A stretch of DNA of 62,198 bases, filler included, from an uncultured Methanoregulaceae archaeon (GTDB lineage: Archaea > Halobacteriota > Methanomicrobia > Methanomicrobiales > Methanospirillaceae): assembly GCA_964530035.1 (NCBI GenBank). It is 2 parts of 2 records of this genome, joined end to end, with 100 filler letters (N's around TTAATTAATTAA, not from the genome) between each part and the next. Parts side by side here need not be neighbours in the genome. Positions count along the whole stretch, not along the records: positions 1 to 31,403 come from CAZGXZ010000004.1; 1 more part is not named here. One strand, given 5' to 3'. Made by a program: the position numbers and the translations under genes. Below are positions 1-9,755 of this stretch, one piece after another. The notes under the pieces are model-generated. The model saw only the letters and a list, made by a program, of their open reading frames with translations, searched no databases and was not told where the DNA came from. Position 1 is the first letter of the stretch; every line of letters starts with the position of its first letter.

Positions 1-446
1 GCTTTGCCGGCAACCTCGCATCCCCAGACCGATGCGACCATGTCCAGGTACCGGACAACCTCCTTCTGGCCAAGGGCGCCTGTTGTCACGACCAGACAGG
101 CCTTTTTTCCAAAGAACCGGGGACGATGAAAGATATAGGAGAACCGGTCGATGAAATTCTTCATCTGGCCTGATACATTCATGCCGTATACGGGTGATGC
201 GAAAACGATCCCGTCAGCATGTGCCATTTTCTGAGCTATTCCGGCTGCATCATCCTGGTTGGGACAGGTATGCTCTCCTTTCCGTATGCAGGAGTAACAC
301 CCCTTACAGGGGAGCAGCATGGCATCCCGGAGCCAGAGGCATTCAAAATCAAACCGGTTGTACTGCTGCATATCCGAACACAGGGCTTCACATGCCTGGT
401 ACGTGTTTCCCTTGCGAGGGCTTCCCATAATCACAAGTATCTTCAA
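1..446 (-). CDS. Iron-sulfur flavoprotein (Isf)/flavodoxin-like NAD(P)H-dependent FMN reductase, 3' end runs off the window
   Basis: Not in the ORF track. My translation from TTG at 446 (preceded by a G-rich SD-like run) gives MKILVIMGSPRKGNT...LPCKGCYSCIRKGEHTCP...ADGIVFASPVYGMNVSGQMKNFIDR, with the Isf signatures GSPR, CxxCxxCx7C and SPVY/KNFIDR. Confidence 0.9.
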   Translation of the reverse strand, partial: MKILVIMGSPRKGNTYQACEALCSDMQQYNRFDFECLWLRDAMLLPCKGCYSCIRKGEHTCPNQDDAAGIAQKMAHADGIVFASPVYGMNVSGQMKNFIDRFSYIFHRPRFFGKKACLVVTTGALGQKEVVRYLDMVASVWGCEVAGK

Positions 447-695
447 ATGGACCCCCCCATTCCATGGAATCATTCCCGGACAGGTACCTGATATATGTTT
501 TGGGTGGAAGCCCCGGCGATGGCAAAAAGGATGGGCTGTCGTACACCCTCATGAAGGGTAGCTACGGACCACAATCACTTGATTAAAATTGCACTCTGCG
601 CATAAGGGAACCTGACCGGACATCACCTTGCTTTATCTCATATTTTCGTAGCCGCATGCAGTACCTTCATTACCTATCTTCCCGATTTCCTCGTT

Positions 696-1556
696 ATGGC
701 GACGGTAAAAAAAACCTGGAGGACGTTCATCGCCCGTGCGACTCTTGAAGGGGCGGGTGTCCGGCTCCACCGTGCATTCGGATACGACCAGTTACCCCTG
801 TTCGACCCGTTCCTGATGCTGGATGACTTCCGTGCCGGACGGCCGGAAGATTACCTCCCCGGGTTCCCCTGGCACCCGCACCGGGGCATCGAAACGGTCA
901 CCTACATGCTGGACGGCCGCGTCGAGCATGGTGACAGCATGGGCCATGCAGGGGAGGTACCCGCCGGGGGAGTCCAGTGGATGACTGCCGGGTCCGGGAT
1001 CATCCACCAGGAGATGCCGAAACCGGTTGACGGCAGGATGGGCGGCTTCCAGCTCTGGGTGAACCTGCCCGGGAAAAACAAGATGATGGCACCGCGGTAC
1101 CAGGAACTGGGTCCAGGACAACTGGCCCATGTCAGCCCTGAGGACGGGCAGGAGATAACTATTATTTGCGGGAATATCGCAGGAGTTTCCGGCCCTGTGA
1201 AAGACATTATTGCAGGTCCTGAATATTTCGATGTTTCTCTCGGGCCAGGGGTTGTTTTTTCCCATCCGGTCAGGGAGGGCTTCATGGCTGCTGCCTACGT
1301 TATCGGTGGTTCCGGGGTTTTCGACCATCAGACAAAGGAAGAATCAGGGAACCGCACGATGCTCCTCTTCGGGGAGGCCGGGTCCTCGGTGGAGGTCCGT
1401 GCAGGACCTGAAGGGGTCCGTTTTCTCTACCTGTCCGGGAGGCCCCTCCACGAACCGGTTGCCTGGGGCGGGCCTATCGTCATGAACACCCAGGAGGAAC
1501 TCCGTCAGGCGTTTGAGGAGTACCGGAAAGGTACTTTTCTTCAGAATTCCTCCTGA
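696..1556 (+). CDS. Pirin family protein (bicupin)
   Basis: EGAGVRL, FDPFLMLDDF, GFPWHPHRGIETVTY, VQWMTAGSGIIHQEMP, FQLWVNLP and GPIVMNTQEEL motifs. Confidence 0.97.
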   Translation: MATVKKTWRTFIARATLEGAGVRLHRAFGYDQLPLFDPFLMLDDFRAGRPEDYLPGFPWHPHRGIETVTYMLDGRVEHGDSMGHAGEVPAGGVQWMTAGSGIIHQEMPKPVDGRMGGFQLWVNLPGKNKMMAPRYQELGPGQLAHVSPEDGQEITIICGNIAGVSGPVKDIIAGPEYFDVSLGPGVVFSHPVREGFMAAAYVIGGSGVFDHQTKEESGNRTMLLFGEAGSSVEVRAGPEGVRFLYLSGRPLHEPVAWGGPIVMNTQEELRQAFEEYRKGTFLQNSS

Positions 1557-1824
1557 TGAGGGGACCGGGACGATACGTCATAGGTATGAATGTCCTTCCC
1601 AGGGATGCTCTGGAGAATTTCAAACCTCTGGATGCAGGCATTTCTGTCTTTTCCGATGAGGGTTCCCTTGCAATGACCGCCCTGCCGGGGTGGTTCGTAA
1701 TCTACCGATACTCTTTATCTTTCGGGTTGCTTCCAGGTACCCGTTTTTATTGATAGATGCAGTACCTATCTGATCATCACGCATACGAACATGCAGGGTA
1801 TGCTTTGGAAAAGGAGCCAGGGAC

Positions 1825-2793
1825 ATGGACAACGATTTTGAAAAGATGGCAAGGGACCTGAAAACGTTCAGTCCCCAGATGGTCAGCAACCCGTACTGGG
1901 GCATCCCCACCTTTTTCGGGATGCCGTTGAAGGAAGATCTTGAGGACCTGGACATTGCGCTCGTGGGTGTACCGTTCGACCTCGGGGTGACGAACCGGAG
2001 CGGGGCCCGCCTCGGTCCCCGGGAGATCCGGAACCAGTCGAGGACCGTTGGTGCCTACAACCACCATGCGAAGATGACCCCCTGTTCCAGCCACCGGATC
2101 GCCGACGTGGGGGACGTGGGGTTCCGGACGATGTACAATCTTGAGGAATCCCTCCGGGACATAGAGGAGTTTTACCGGAAACTATCAGCGGCTGGAATCA
2201 TTCCGGTAACCGCCGGAGGGGACCACTCGGTCACCTTCCCAATCCTCAAGGCCATCACGGACACGGAAAAGGCGGGCCTGGTCCATTTCGACTCCCACTG
2301 TGACACTGCACCGCCGATCCACGGGAGCGGGTTGCAGCACGGTTCGCCCATGAGAAATGCCGTGGAGTCCGGGCTGGTGGACCCGGAACGAACCGTCCAG
2401 GTCGGGATACGGGGTTCGAGCGAGATTCTGTGGAAGTTCTCGTACGAGAGCGGGATGCGGGTCATCCACATCGAGGAGTTTTACGAACTCGGGTGGAAAA
2501 AGGTGGTCCGGGAAATCCGGGATCTTGTGGGCGACGCTCCCGTGTATGTTTCCTTTGACATCGACTGCCTCGACCCGGCGTTCGCCCCGGGCACCGGGAC
2601 GCCGGTGGCCGGAGGGATGAGCACCTTCGAGGCCCTGCAGACGCTCCGGGGACTTTCAGGCCTCAATGTCATCGGTGGAGACGTCGTCGAGGTCTGCCCG
2701 CCCTATGACCCTGCAGGGATTACTGCCCTCGCAGGGGCCACGGTCATGTTCGAGATCCTCTGCCTGGCCGCAGCGTCACCAGCCCTGAAATAA
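1825..2793 (+). CDS. speB: Agmatinase/ureohydrolase (arginase family)
   Basis: GVPFD, GARLGP, GGDHS, DSHCD, HGSP, SFDIDCLDP, PGTGTP and VEVCPPYD binuclear-metal motifs. The exact guanidino substrate cannot be determined. Confidence 0.88.
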   Translation: MDNDFEKMARDLKTFSPQMVSNPYWGIPTFFGMPLKEDLEDLDIALVGVPFDLGVTNRSGARLGPREIRNQSRTVGAYNHHAKMTPCSSHRIADVGDVGFRTMYNLEESLRDIEEFYRKLSAAGIIPVTAGGDHSVTFPILKAITDTEKAGLVHFDSHCDTAPPIHGSGLQHGSPMRNAVESGLVDPERTVQVGIRGSSEILWKFSYESGMRVIHIEEFYELGWKKVVREIRDLVGDAPVYVSFDIDCLDPAFAPGTGTPVAGGMSTFEALQTLRGLSGLNVIGGDVVEVCPPYDPAGITALAGATVMFEILCLAAASPALK

Positions 2794-2850
2794 TCCTTCA
2801 TTCCGTATAGTTTCCAGCCCCGTCACGAACAGGCACCTTCATAGCCGATT

Positions 2851-3822
2851 GTGGATAACCTGCTGGCGATGCGATCTCCTGTCCTCCCGCGGAGATATTT
2901 CCTGCTCCTCTTCCTCATCATCGGGGCGATGATGGCGGCTGTTGTCCTCGTAGACCTTGCCACGTACGAGAACCTGACCCCGCACCTCACCATCGTTCTC
3001 AACACCCCGTTTGTCAACCCTCTCTGCGAGAAGATCTTCGAGACGCTCTTCATCGCCATCCTCATCCTCATCCTCTACACCATCGGCGTCTATTTCATCG
3101 TCAGGAAGATCCCCGACGAAGTCTCGCGCTATACAGCGGTCAGAATTTTCAGCATCCTGCTCATCGGGCTCGGGATCTTCCTCGGTATGATGGAGTGGGT
3201 GCAGAACCCGGGACAGGTCGTCCTCATCATCGGCATCATCTGGGGGGCCCTCCTGGTCGCCCTCCGCGACTTCATCCAGAACCTGGTCGGGAGCCTGATG
3301 CTGCTCGTCACCCGGATGTACACGATCGGGGACCGGATCCATATCAGGGGGATGTACGGGGTTGTCATGGACATCGGGGTCTTCCGGACGAGCCTCATGA
3401 AACTCGACGAGGAGTCTGGGGACCACCCGAGCGGGAACATCACCACCCTCCCGAACGGGATCCTCTTCCGGGAGGTGGTGACGAACACGAGCCGCGACCT
3501 CTCCTTCACCTCGGACGAACTCCGGATTACCCTCCCGTTCACCGTGGACATCCAGAAGACGCGTGAACTCATCCTCGGGATCGTGGACCGCCATACCCGG
3601 GACGTCCAGGAGCAGGCGGAACGGGAGGTCGAACGGCTCGGCAATAAAAAGTACCTGCCGGACTTCACGACGAAGCCGTCCCTGTCCGTCCATATCGACC
3701 GGCACCAGATCCTCGTGGTCGTGAAGTATTACACCGACCCCCGGCGACGGGCGGAGATCAAGAACGAGGTAGTCGGGGAGCTCTCACAGGTCATCCCGGG
3801 GATCATCGAGGTGGAACGCTAA
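2851..3822 (+). CDS. Small-conductance mechanosensitive channel (MscS family)
   Basis: Several N-terminal TM helices, then ALRDFIQNLVGS...YTIGDRIHIRGMYGVVMDIG...LPNG MscS beta-domain. GTG start. Confidence 0.92.
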   Translation: MDNLLAMRSPVLPRRYFLLLFLIIGAMMAAVVLVDLATYENLTPHLTIVLNTPFVNPLCEKIFETLFIAILILILYTIGVYFIVRKIPDEVSRYTAVRIFSILLIGLGIFLGMMEWVQNPGQVVLIIGIIWGALLVALRDFIQNLVGSLMLLVTRMYTIGDRIHIRGMYGVVMDIGVFRTSLMKLDEESGDHPSGNITTLPNGILFREVVTNTSRDLSFTSDELRITLPFTVDIQKTRELILGIVDRHTRDVQEQAEREVERLGNKKYLPDFTTKPSLSVHIDRHQILVVVKYYTDPRRRAEIKNEVVGELSQVIPGIIEVER

Positions 3823-3889
3823 TTCCCGGGGGTCCTGGGTCTGGGTGTCTCATTCATAAATCCACTCCTTGTCAGTGGCCGTCCGGCAT

Positions 3890-4345
3890 TCAACGGCACC
3901 TTTCCTGTAATGCAACCAGGTGCCGGTACTGCCACTCCCGCTCCCGGAGGGTGGCGGCTTCAGCTCCGGCAGGATCGGATGCGTCCCGGACGGCGGTCGC
4001 CGCATAGATGGCCGCCGCAATGGAGTGGGTTTTGACATGGGCGGTCGCCAGGGCGTGTCCTGCGGCACGGGCGGCCGACCGTGCAGCAGTGAACTCCCCG
4101 GCTTCCCGGGCGGCGGCATGGGCGCCAAGGGCGGCCCTGCGGACATCGGCCATCCTGAACTCACCGGTCTGCACCCATTTCCGGCTGGCTTCAATCGCCT
4201 GGCGTGGGCGCTGGTCTCCGGGAAAAGAGTCCTCGAACAGGGGCAGGACCCGCCCGGCGCAGTCGGCAGCCCATACCGCAAGGGTCTGGTGATCAGTCCC
4301 GGCCGCGAGGTCGGCGATCTGCTGGTCCAGGGGTGTTACCGCCAT
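3890..4345 (-). CDS. Imm5-like putative immunity protein
   Basis: LAVWAADCAGRVL...DQRPRQAIEA...AHAAAR...AARAAGHALATAH...EREWQ pattern of Imm-5-like helical proteins. Start taken at ATG 4345 (alternative 4363). Confidence 0.75.
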   Translation of the reverse strand: MAVTPLDQQIADLAAGTDHQTLAVWAADCAGRVLPLFEDSFPGDQRPRQAIEASRKWVQTGEFRMADVRRAALGAHAAAREAGEFTAARSAARAAGHALATAHVKTHSIAAAIYAATAVRDASDPAGAEAATLREREWQYRHLVALQERCR

Positions 4346-4708
4346 GATCCTTCGTCTTTTCATGGGTAACCGTCTTTGTCAGGGCAGGAATAGCTCCCCT
4401 GTGAGGTACAGCCGTGAAGTAGCCCTACCTGGAAGCATTTCTGTCTTCGCGTCAAATCATAGGAATTGCTCATGGTAATGGTTTTTTTTAAGCCTGCATC
4501 CTGTTATTCTTGGTTAGCATAATGGGGCAGAAGGGAAAGTCCCGGTTGATCCACCGTGTCTCCGAATCCCTTCGTCCTTTCATAGAAAAATGACAAGGAA
4601 TCTTCGGTTAAATTGATTTATAAAGACGTATGCCCTGGGATACCATCTGGAAATGGATTATATCTGCATCCTGCTTCCCATCTCTCTTCTCAAGAACCCA
4701 GGAATGGA

Positions 4709-6790
4709 TTATGTATCGTCCTTCCTGGTGAAGATTCGATATCGATACCCGGCAAGTGCCAGGATGAGACTGGCTAGCGGGACGAGAACCGGGATGGGGG
4801 TACGGGTAGGTTCACCGGTTTGTATATTTTCAGGACTGATCCACCACTGTTCCGCCTCTTGGGGATAATATGATGATTTTTTAGTGATCCTGCCATTTTC
4901 TCCAATATTATAAGCCATCCCGGGAGAAACGGGATTTTTTGCCACGTCATCCCAGTAGGTGAGACTGCCTTCCAGCAGGGCCACACGGGATGTACCGTCC
5001 GGCCTGACCTCTATGGTACTTTCTCCTTCAGATTCGATGAGTCCTTTGGGAGTATAGATAAGGACTTTTTCTGAGCCGTCCGTGTAGACGGAACCCTTCG
5101 TCAGGATAAGGGACAGGGGATCTCCCGGGGGATCTTTTGCCCGGGAAACGGCGCTACCTCTCTTAACCCTGACCGGCGGTTGCGGAATGGCGCCCGTATC
5201 ACGAATTGCGACATACCGGGTTACAACCTCTTCAGCAAACCCATAACAGTTCCATAAAGGCTCATCGAATGACACCCGGGCTTCCTCGTTACCAATTTTA
5301 GGCAGTTTTCCCCGTGTCATTCCTTCTAGTTCAGCCTTTACCTTCGACCCGGACATCAAAGCTTCAGGGGGAGGGATCCATGCCTCGACCGGAACATACT
5401 TTCCCGGTTTCAATGGCTGTGGGCTCTCTCCTTTCAGAAATATTCTGGCTGAGAGGCCCATTTCAATCTGGGTTCCCTTGTCATCGATGACGATTGAACA
5501 ATGAGATGTGTCCCCTTCAAGTGCCCAGAAAAAGACAGTTCCTGCAGGGTATTTAGACGGGTCATATTCTTTAATATCAACCGATTCCGATCTATACCCT
5601 TTTGTCTTATTGAGGACTGCATTTTTAAATATTTGAAATTTTGGTTTGTTTAGCCGTAGGAGACAAGCTGAACCATCAGCATTCGGGTAATAACCAAGGG
5701 ATGTATTGCAGACACAGGTATCCTCGAACCTATCTTTCCAGACATACCCTGTTTCAGGGACGCACGGTCCCCCGGCGTACGTGTTACCGGAATGGTCAGG
5801 GCATTTTTCACAGTCATCTCCACGCGTGTTCCGCCGGTAGCCTTTTTCACATACGCATTTCCCCTTGATTTCCCTGAATGCACCGGCACAGTGACATTGT
5901 TCGGTGTCCGGGTCCCATTTCCAGCCGTTTTTTAAATCGCAAGTACACTCGCAGGAACCGGATTCGCTCAGGGAGGCGTCATATCCTGTTGAATGGATGC
6001 GGGATGAACAGTACCGGGAGCAAGGAAGACAGGAACCGTCCGTTTGTGTCCTGTAACCATCTTTACAGGAACAGAGACAGTCCGGCCAGGAGCTCTCCCC
6101 GTCCCATTTAAAAGATTTTCCTTTCTGGGAACACAAGGTGTCGCAGGTCCATCGTTCTTCCCAGCAGGGTTGTTCGTTTTCCGTCTGGAGGTTGAGGCAC
6201 GAACACCAGCAGAATGGAGATGTCCCTTTCCCCTCGATGAAATACAGGTTGTATGGATCCCGTCGTTTAAATTCATCTTTGCAGTATTGATTGCAATCTG
6301 CCTTTTTTTTCGCATCACCGGTAGTACTGCCCCGTGAGATAAGGAAACAATTCTGAGCGTCAGGGTTGTTCAGAATATCACCCGAGACGTATTCGGCCAG
6401 ACACTCCGTGTAACAGATATCGTTGCAATTTGTAGGGTTCTCTCCTTTTTTCCTGTTAAAACAGGAATCCAGGCAGGAAGTAAGGGAATCAAACATTCTT
6501 GCACAAGCCGGATCCTGGTCTTCGTAGTATTCTCCACCGTCGCCACAATTGGTGCTGGGGTCTCCGACAAACCACCTCATTTGGCCATTATCTGCCTTGT
6601 ACAGTTCAAATCCCTGGACATTCATGCTGAAAACGAGAATGATGATAATGATCGCTCCCATAACTTCTATCCATATCCGGGGAGTTCTCTTGGTCAGATA
6701 GTGTTTGAACGACCAATCCTTTTGAGGTGGCATGATCCTCCTCATCATCGATTCCTCCGTTGTTTGCAGTTCACAAATGCTGGTGATCAC
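4709..6790 (-). CDS. Secreted, C-terminally anchored Cys-rich (EGF-like) protein with permuted papain/NlpC-P60-like and FecR-like domains
   Basis: Hydrophobic signal (GAIIIIILVFSMNVQG), about 35 Cys with CxCxC repeats, H430 (SHCSIVI) preceding C515 (WNCYGF), FecR-like LTKGSV..TPKG..EVRPDGTSRVALLEGS, and tail TPIPVLVPLASLILALAGYRYR. The true start may be slightly downstream. Confidence 0.75.
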   Translation of the reverse strand: MITSICELQTTEESMMRRIMPPQKDWSFKHYLTKRTPRIWIEVMGAIIIIILVFSMNVQGFELYKADNGQMRWFVGDPSTNCGDGGEYYEDQDPACARMFDSLTSCLDSCFNRKKGENPTNCNDICYTECLAEYVSGDILNNPDAQNCFLISRGSTTGDAKKKADCNQYCKDEFKRRDPYNLYFIEGKGTSPFCWCSCLNLQTENEQPCWEERWTCDTLCSQKGKSFKWDGESSWPDCLCSCKDGYRTQTDGSCLPCSRYCSSRIHSTGYDASLSESGSCECTCDLKNGWKWDPDTEQCHCAGAFREIKGKCVCEKGYRRNTRGDDCEKCPDHSGNTYAGGPCVPETGYVWKDRFEDTCVCNTSLGYYPNADGSACLLRLNKPKFQIFKNAVLNKTKGYRSESVDIKEYDPSKYPAGTVFFWALEGDTSHCSIVIDDKGTQIEMGLSARIFLKGESPQPLKPGKYVPVEAWIPPPEALMSGSKVKAELEGMTRGKLPKIGNEEARVSFDEPLWNCYGFAEEVVTRYVAIRDTGAIPQPPVRVKRGSAVSRAKDPPGDPLSLILTKGSVYTDGSEKVLIYTPKGLIESEGESTIEVRPDGTSRVALLEGSLTYWDDVAKNPVSPGMAYNIGENGRITKKSSYYPQEAEQWWISPENIQTGEPTRTPIPVLVPLASLILALAGYRYRIFTRKDDT

Positions 6791-7104
6791 AAACGGGATT
6801 AAGGACTAGACTGGTAAAGAGAAGTATAAACCTATGCCATGCAGCGACGGGTGATATCGGGAGTGGAACTGAGGAGGGAAGACAGGCGATTCCCCAACTA
6901 CAAGCCTTGATTGTCGCGTGGCGGTATTCATATGGCAATTGGAGAAAACCCCCTGCCAGTCATTGCCACAAGGGAATGATCCTTGTTGCACAAGGTATCT
7001 TATCGTCATGAATACCCAGGAACAGGGGAAGACGATGAGGTGGAAGCGTCAATTGTTGACCCTGAACCTGAATTTCTCTTTAAAAATGGACGTTGGCAGT
7101 CCTT

Positions 7105-7818
7105 TCAGACAGACTGGTACCGCATGGCCTGGTTGAACCTGCTTATGAGGCCGTTGACGCCGGAGAAGTGGGAGTACTGGAGGTCGCTCGACTTCTGGGT
7201 GCTGTTTCCTCGTGCCTGTTCGGTATGGATGTTCATGAACGCAGACGCAGAGCCGACCGCCGGGATAAAGTACCCCGGGCCATAGGCCGTGCCGGTCAGG
7301 TCCACGTTGTAGTTCAGTTCCGCAGGTACATACGGACTCGCCGCAACGGTCCGGGTCTGGGCGCTGCTGGTCAGGGCTCCCCTCGCCAGGTTGAACGAGC
7401 TTCCCGCATAGACCTGGCTATGGAAGAGGGGTTCGGTTGATTCCGTTTCCATGCCGACGACTTCGGTCGAGACCATCCTGCCGGGGAGAGGTCCGTACGA
7501 GAGGCCGTCGAAGGACAGGGTTCTCTGGGAATTAAGGTTGTACTGGCCGAGGCCCATATTGCGGGTATCGACTCCGAAGCTCTTGGAATATGATATCATT
7601 CCGCCATAAGCCTGGGTATACTCCCCGTAGTTGGTCGTCGCCTGGACCTCCCCGGGGACGATCACTCCGTCGATTGCATCACTCGAGACCGTCCAGGTCA
7701 GGGCGTCCGACTGTTCCATGGACCCGATGACCTGGACTAGCCCGAGGGCAGGACCGCACCCCGCACTCATCAGCACCATGGCGATGAGAACGGTAAAAAG
7801 GGACCGGAATGTGTTCAT
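7105..7818 (-). CDS. Secreted beta-rich hypothetical protein
   Basis: Signal-like MNTFRSLFTVLIAMVLMSAGC and a Ser/Thr/Gly-rich mature region. Start chosen at ATG 7818. Confidence 0.7.
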   Translation of the reverse strand: MNTFRSLFTVLIAMVLMSAGCGPALGLVQVIGSMEQSDALTWTVSSDAIDGVIVPGEVQATTNYGEYTQAYGGMISYSKSFGVDTRNMGLGQYNLNSQRTLSFDGLSYGPLPGRMVSTEVVGMETESTEPLFHSQVYAGSSFNLARGALTSSAQTRTVAASPYVPAELNYNVDLTGTAYGPGYFIPAVGSASAFMNIHTEQARGNSTQKSSDLQYSHFSGVNGLISRFNQAMRYQSV

Positions 7819-8261
7819 GGTTTTTCTCCGTACGTGTATATTCAAGCGGATCGTGTGTGAGGTGATCAACCTTGGGATGATTACCAATTTTCATGCACTC
7901 ATGGTTGGCAGACGGATTTTCCATCGTTCGCATCCCATTTTTCACCTTGATGAGCAGACAGGATACTTCTCATCCTGCCCGGGGTTCAGTGTTCTTCCTG
8001 TCAGAGTCCCTGGAAAAGTCAGTGCACGCTCGGGACGCAGGATGTCGTTGCGACCTGCCCGGGACCCCCGGAAGTGTTTATCATACTTCGGGGAGTTGCT
8101 GTTGTATGGAGTTCATGATGACCGGGACGAGCGGCTCTCCCGGTATGGCCCGGTTACCAGACCGTGTTTTCGGCTTTATTTTCTGGAAAAACAGGGATAT
8201 CGAAGCGCTTCCCGGTCTGTCCGCTGACAGGGAACCCTGCCGACCCGGGGGGCGATGACCC

Positions 8262-9125
8262 ATGGGTAAGTTCTGCCGGCAGTGTGGTGCCCCGGTCGCA
8301 CCAGGAAACCGGTTCTGCGATGAATGCGGGACACCCACCGGGGAGGCACCTCCGGTAGCGTCTCCTCCGCTGCCACCGCCTGTACCTGAGGCTCCCATAC
8401 CCCAGGCCCCGGTAGCCGCCGTTCCGCAACCTGCTCCGGGAGCCCGGCCGGTCCCAGTACCGTATATCATCGTTGCGGTTGTGGCCGTAATTGCGATAAT
8501 CGCAGCCGTCGTCCTCCTGCCCGGGCTCCTCGCGGGTCAACCCGGAAAAGGGACAGTGAAAGGGACGACAACAGGAATTACCCCGAAATACATCGTCGGT
8601 GATGTCGTAAAGGAGGCAGATGGGACGCTTTACATGGTGTTGGGAATTCACAGGGCCTCCGGCCTCTACGCGTATAATATAATAAACAGCAAATCTCCCG
8701 GCACCTATTATGCATTCGATACGCTCTGGCTGAACTGGATGGACAAGCCATTTGATAAATTTGAAGCACAGTATTCCAAGGTCGATCACCAGGACCCTGG
8801 AAAAGTGGTTATCGAGCGTATGCATGACCCCTCGACAAATCCACCGAAATATGTAGTTGGTGACATCGTGATGAGCACCACTGACCTGACCTCCGGCTAC
8901 TTATCGATAATTCTCGAAGTGGACAAGGGAAAAAACCTCTATACGGATAAACTGGTGTACAAGGAGGATAACGGGACCTATTCAATGTTGTATGACGAAT
9001 GGCGACGCCCGAGCTATACCAATTTCCAGGTTTATGAGAGCATCTATACCAAAAAGGTCGGTAATGTGGACCCTAAGAAAGTGCTGAAACAGTATTACTC
9101 AACCGAACTGCCCATAACCCAATAA
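8262..9125 (+). CDS. Zinc-ribbon membrane protein with two tandem extracellular repeats
   Basis: CRQC..CDEC zinc ribbon, Pro-rich linker, one TM helix, then two PKY(I/V)VGD(V/I)V...DPxKV repeats. Confidence 0.85.
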   Translation: MGKFCRQCGAPVAPGNRFCDECGTPTGEAPPVASPPLPPPVPEAPIPQAPVAAVPQPAPGARPVPVPYIIVAVVAVIAIIAAVVLLPGLLAGQPGKGTVKGTTTGITPKYIVGDVVKEADGTLYMVLGIHRASGLYAYNIINSKSPGTYYAFDTLWLNWMDKPFDKFEAQYSKVDHQDPGKVVIERMHDPSTNPPKYVVGDIVMSTTDLTSGYLSIILEVDKGKNLYTDKLVYKEDNGTYSMLYDEWRRPSYTNFQVYESIYTKKVGNVDPKKVLKQYYSTELPITQ

Positions 9126-9128
9126 CCT

Positions 9129-9557
9129 TCACGGGCCCTCCTGGACCCGCCTCACCGCCTCAATCTCCGGCAGACTCCATCCGCCCAGCATCGCCACAAT
9201 CGCCTGTACGTAGGGTTCCTGCCTCGTGAGGCTCGGAGAGCACCTGGGGTCATGCCTTTGGTCCGCCCTTCCCAGCTGGGCATGTCCCGTCGCGATGAAG
9301 TGGAGGAAGTCCTCCTTCGGCAGGTTCCACGTGACATTCACCCGCAGCCGGACCATGTTCCTGTTCACAGGGTTTGGGAAGAGGACAGCCCTCGTTCCAG
9401 GTACCGGGACAGGTTCATGAGAGCCAGTCCGGGCAAGGTCGAGGACGCACTGCCACAATGGGTCGCAGGCACGCCCAGCGTCACCGCACTCACGGCAAAA
9501 CCGGTTGGTGGGCGGAAAGCCGTCACCGTGGTAGTGCCTGCAGAAATGGATGTCCAT
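9129..9557 (-). CDS. Hypothetical protein with N-terminal Cys/His (CxxxH, CxxC, C) cluster
   Basis: Fills the gap convergent with 8262..9125 (3-nt spacing between the stops); plausible composition. Confidence 0.7.
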   Translation of the reverse strand: MDIHFCRHYHGDGFPPTNRFCRECGDAGRACDPLWQCVLDLARTGSHEPVPVPGTRAVLFPNPVNRNMVRLRVNVTWNLPKEDFLHFIATGHAQLGRADQRHDPRCSPSLTRQEPYVQAIVAMLGGWSLPEIEAVRRVQEGP

Positions 9558-9755
9558 AAGGCGGGGTCACTTCCGAACGGGGAGACAGGCGAAGGTCACC
9601 CCAATCAGTGAAATACTCTCACCTGATCCCTGATGGAGGTTCTCCCCTGGTGGCTGCCCCCCCATGAGCCTAACCATAAAGTCACGTTGACCAGGAATGG
9701 AACAAGCTGAAATGGACCCTGGGAAAAGAAGAGTGGCAGGCGGGCGTGCCCCCCA

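Noticed and set aside
2839..3705. Long antisense ORFs (e.g. 2839..3705, 12339..13319, 24545..25342, 28373..29116, 43348..44508, 49034..49846)
   Set aside because: They are shadows of well-supported genes on the opposite strand, expected at high GC3, and carry no motifs of their own.
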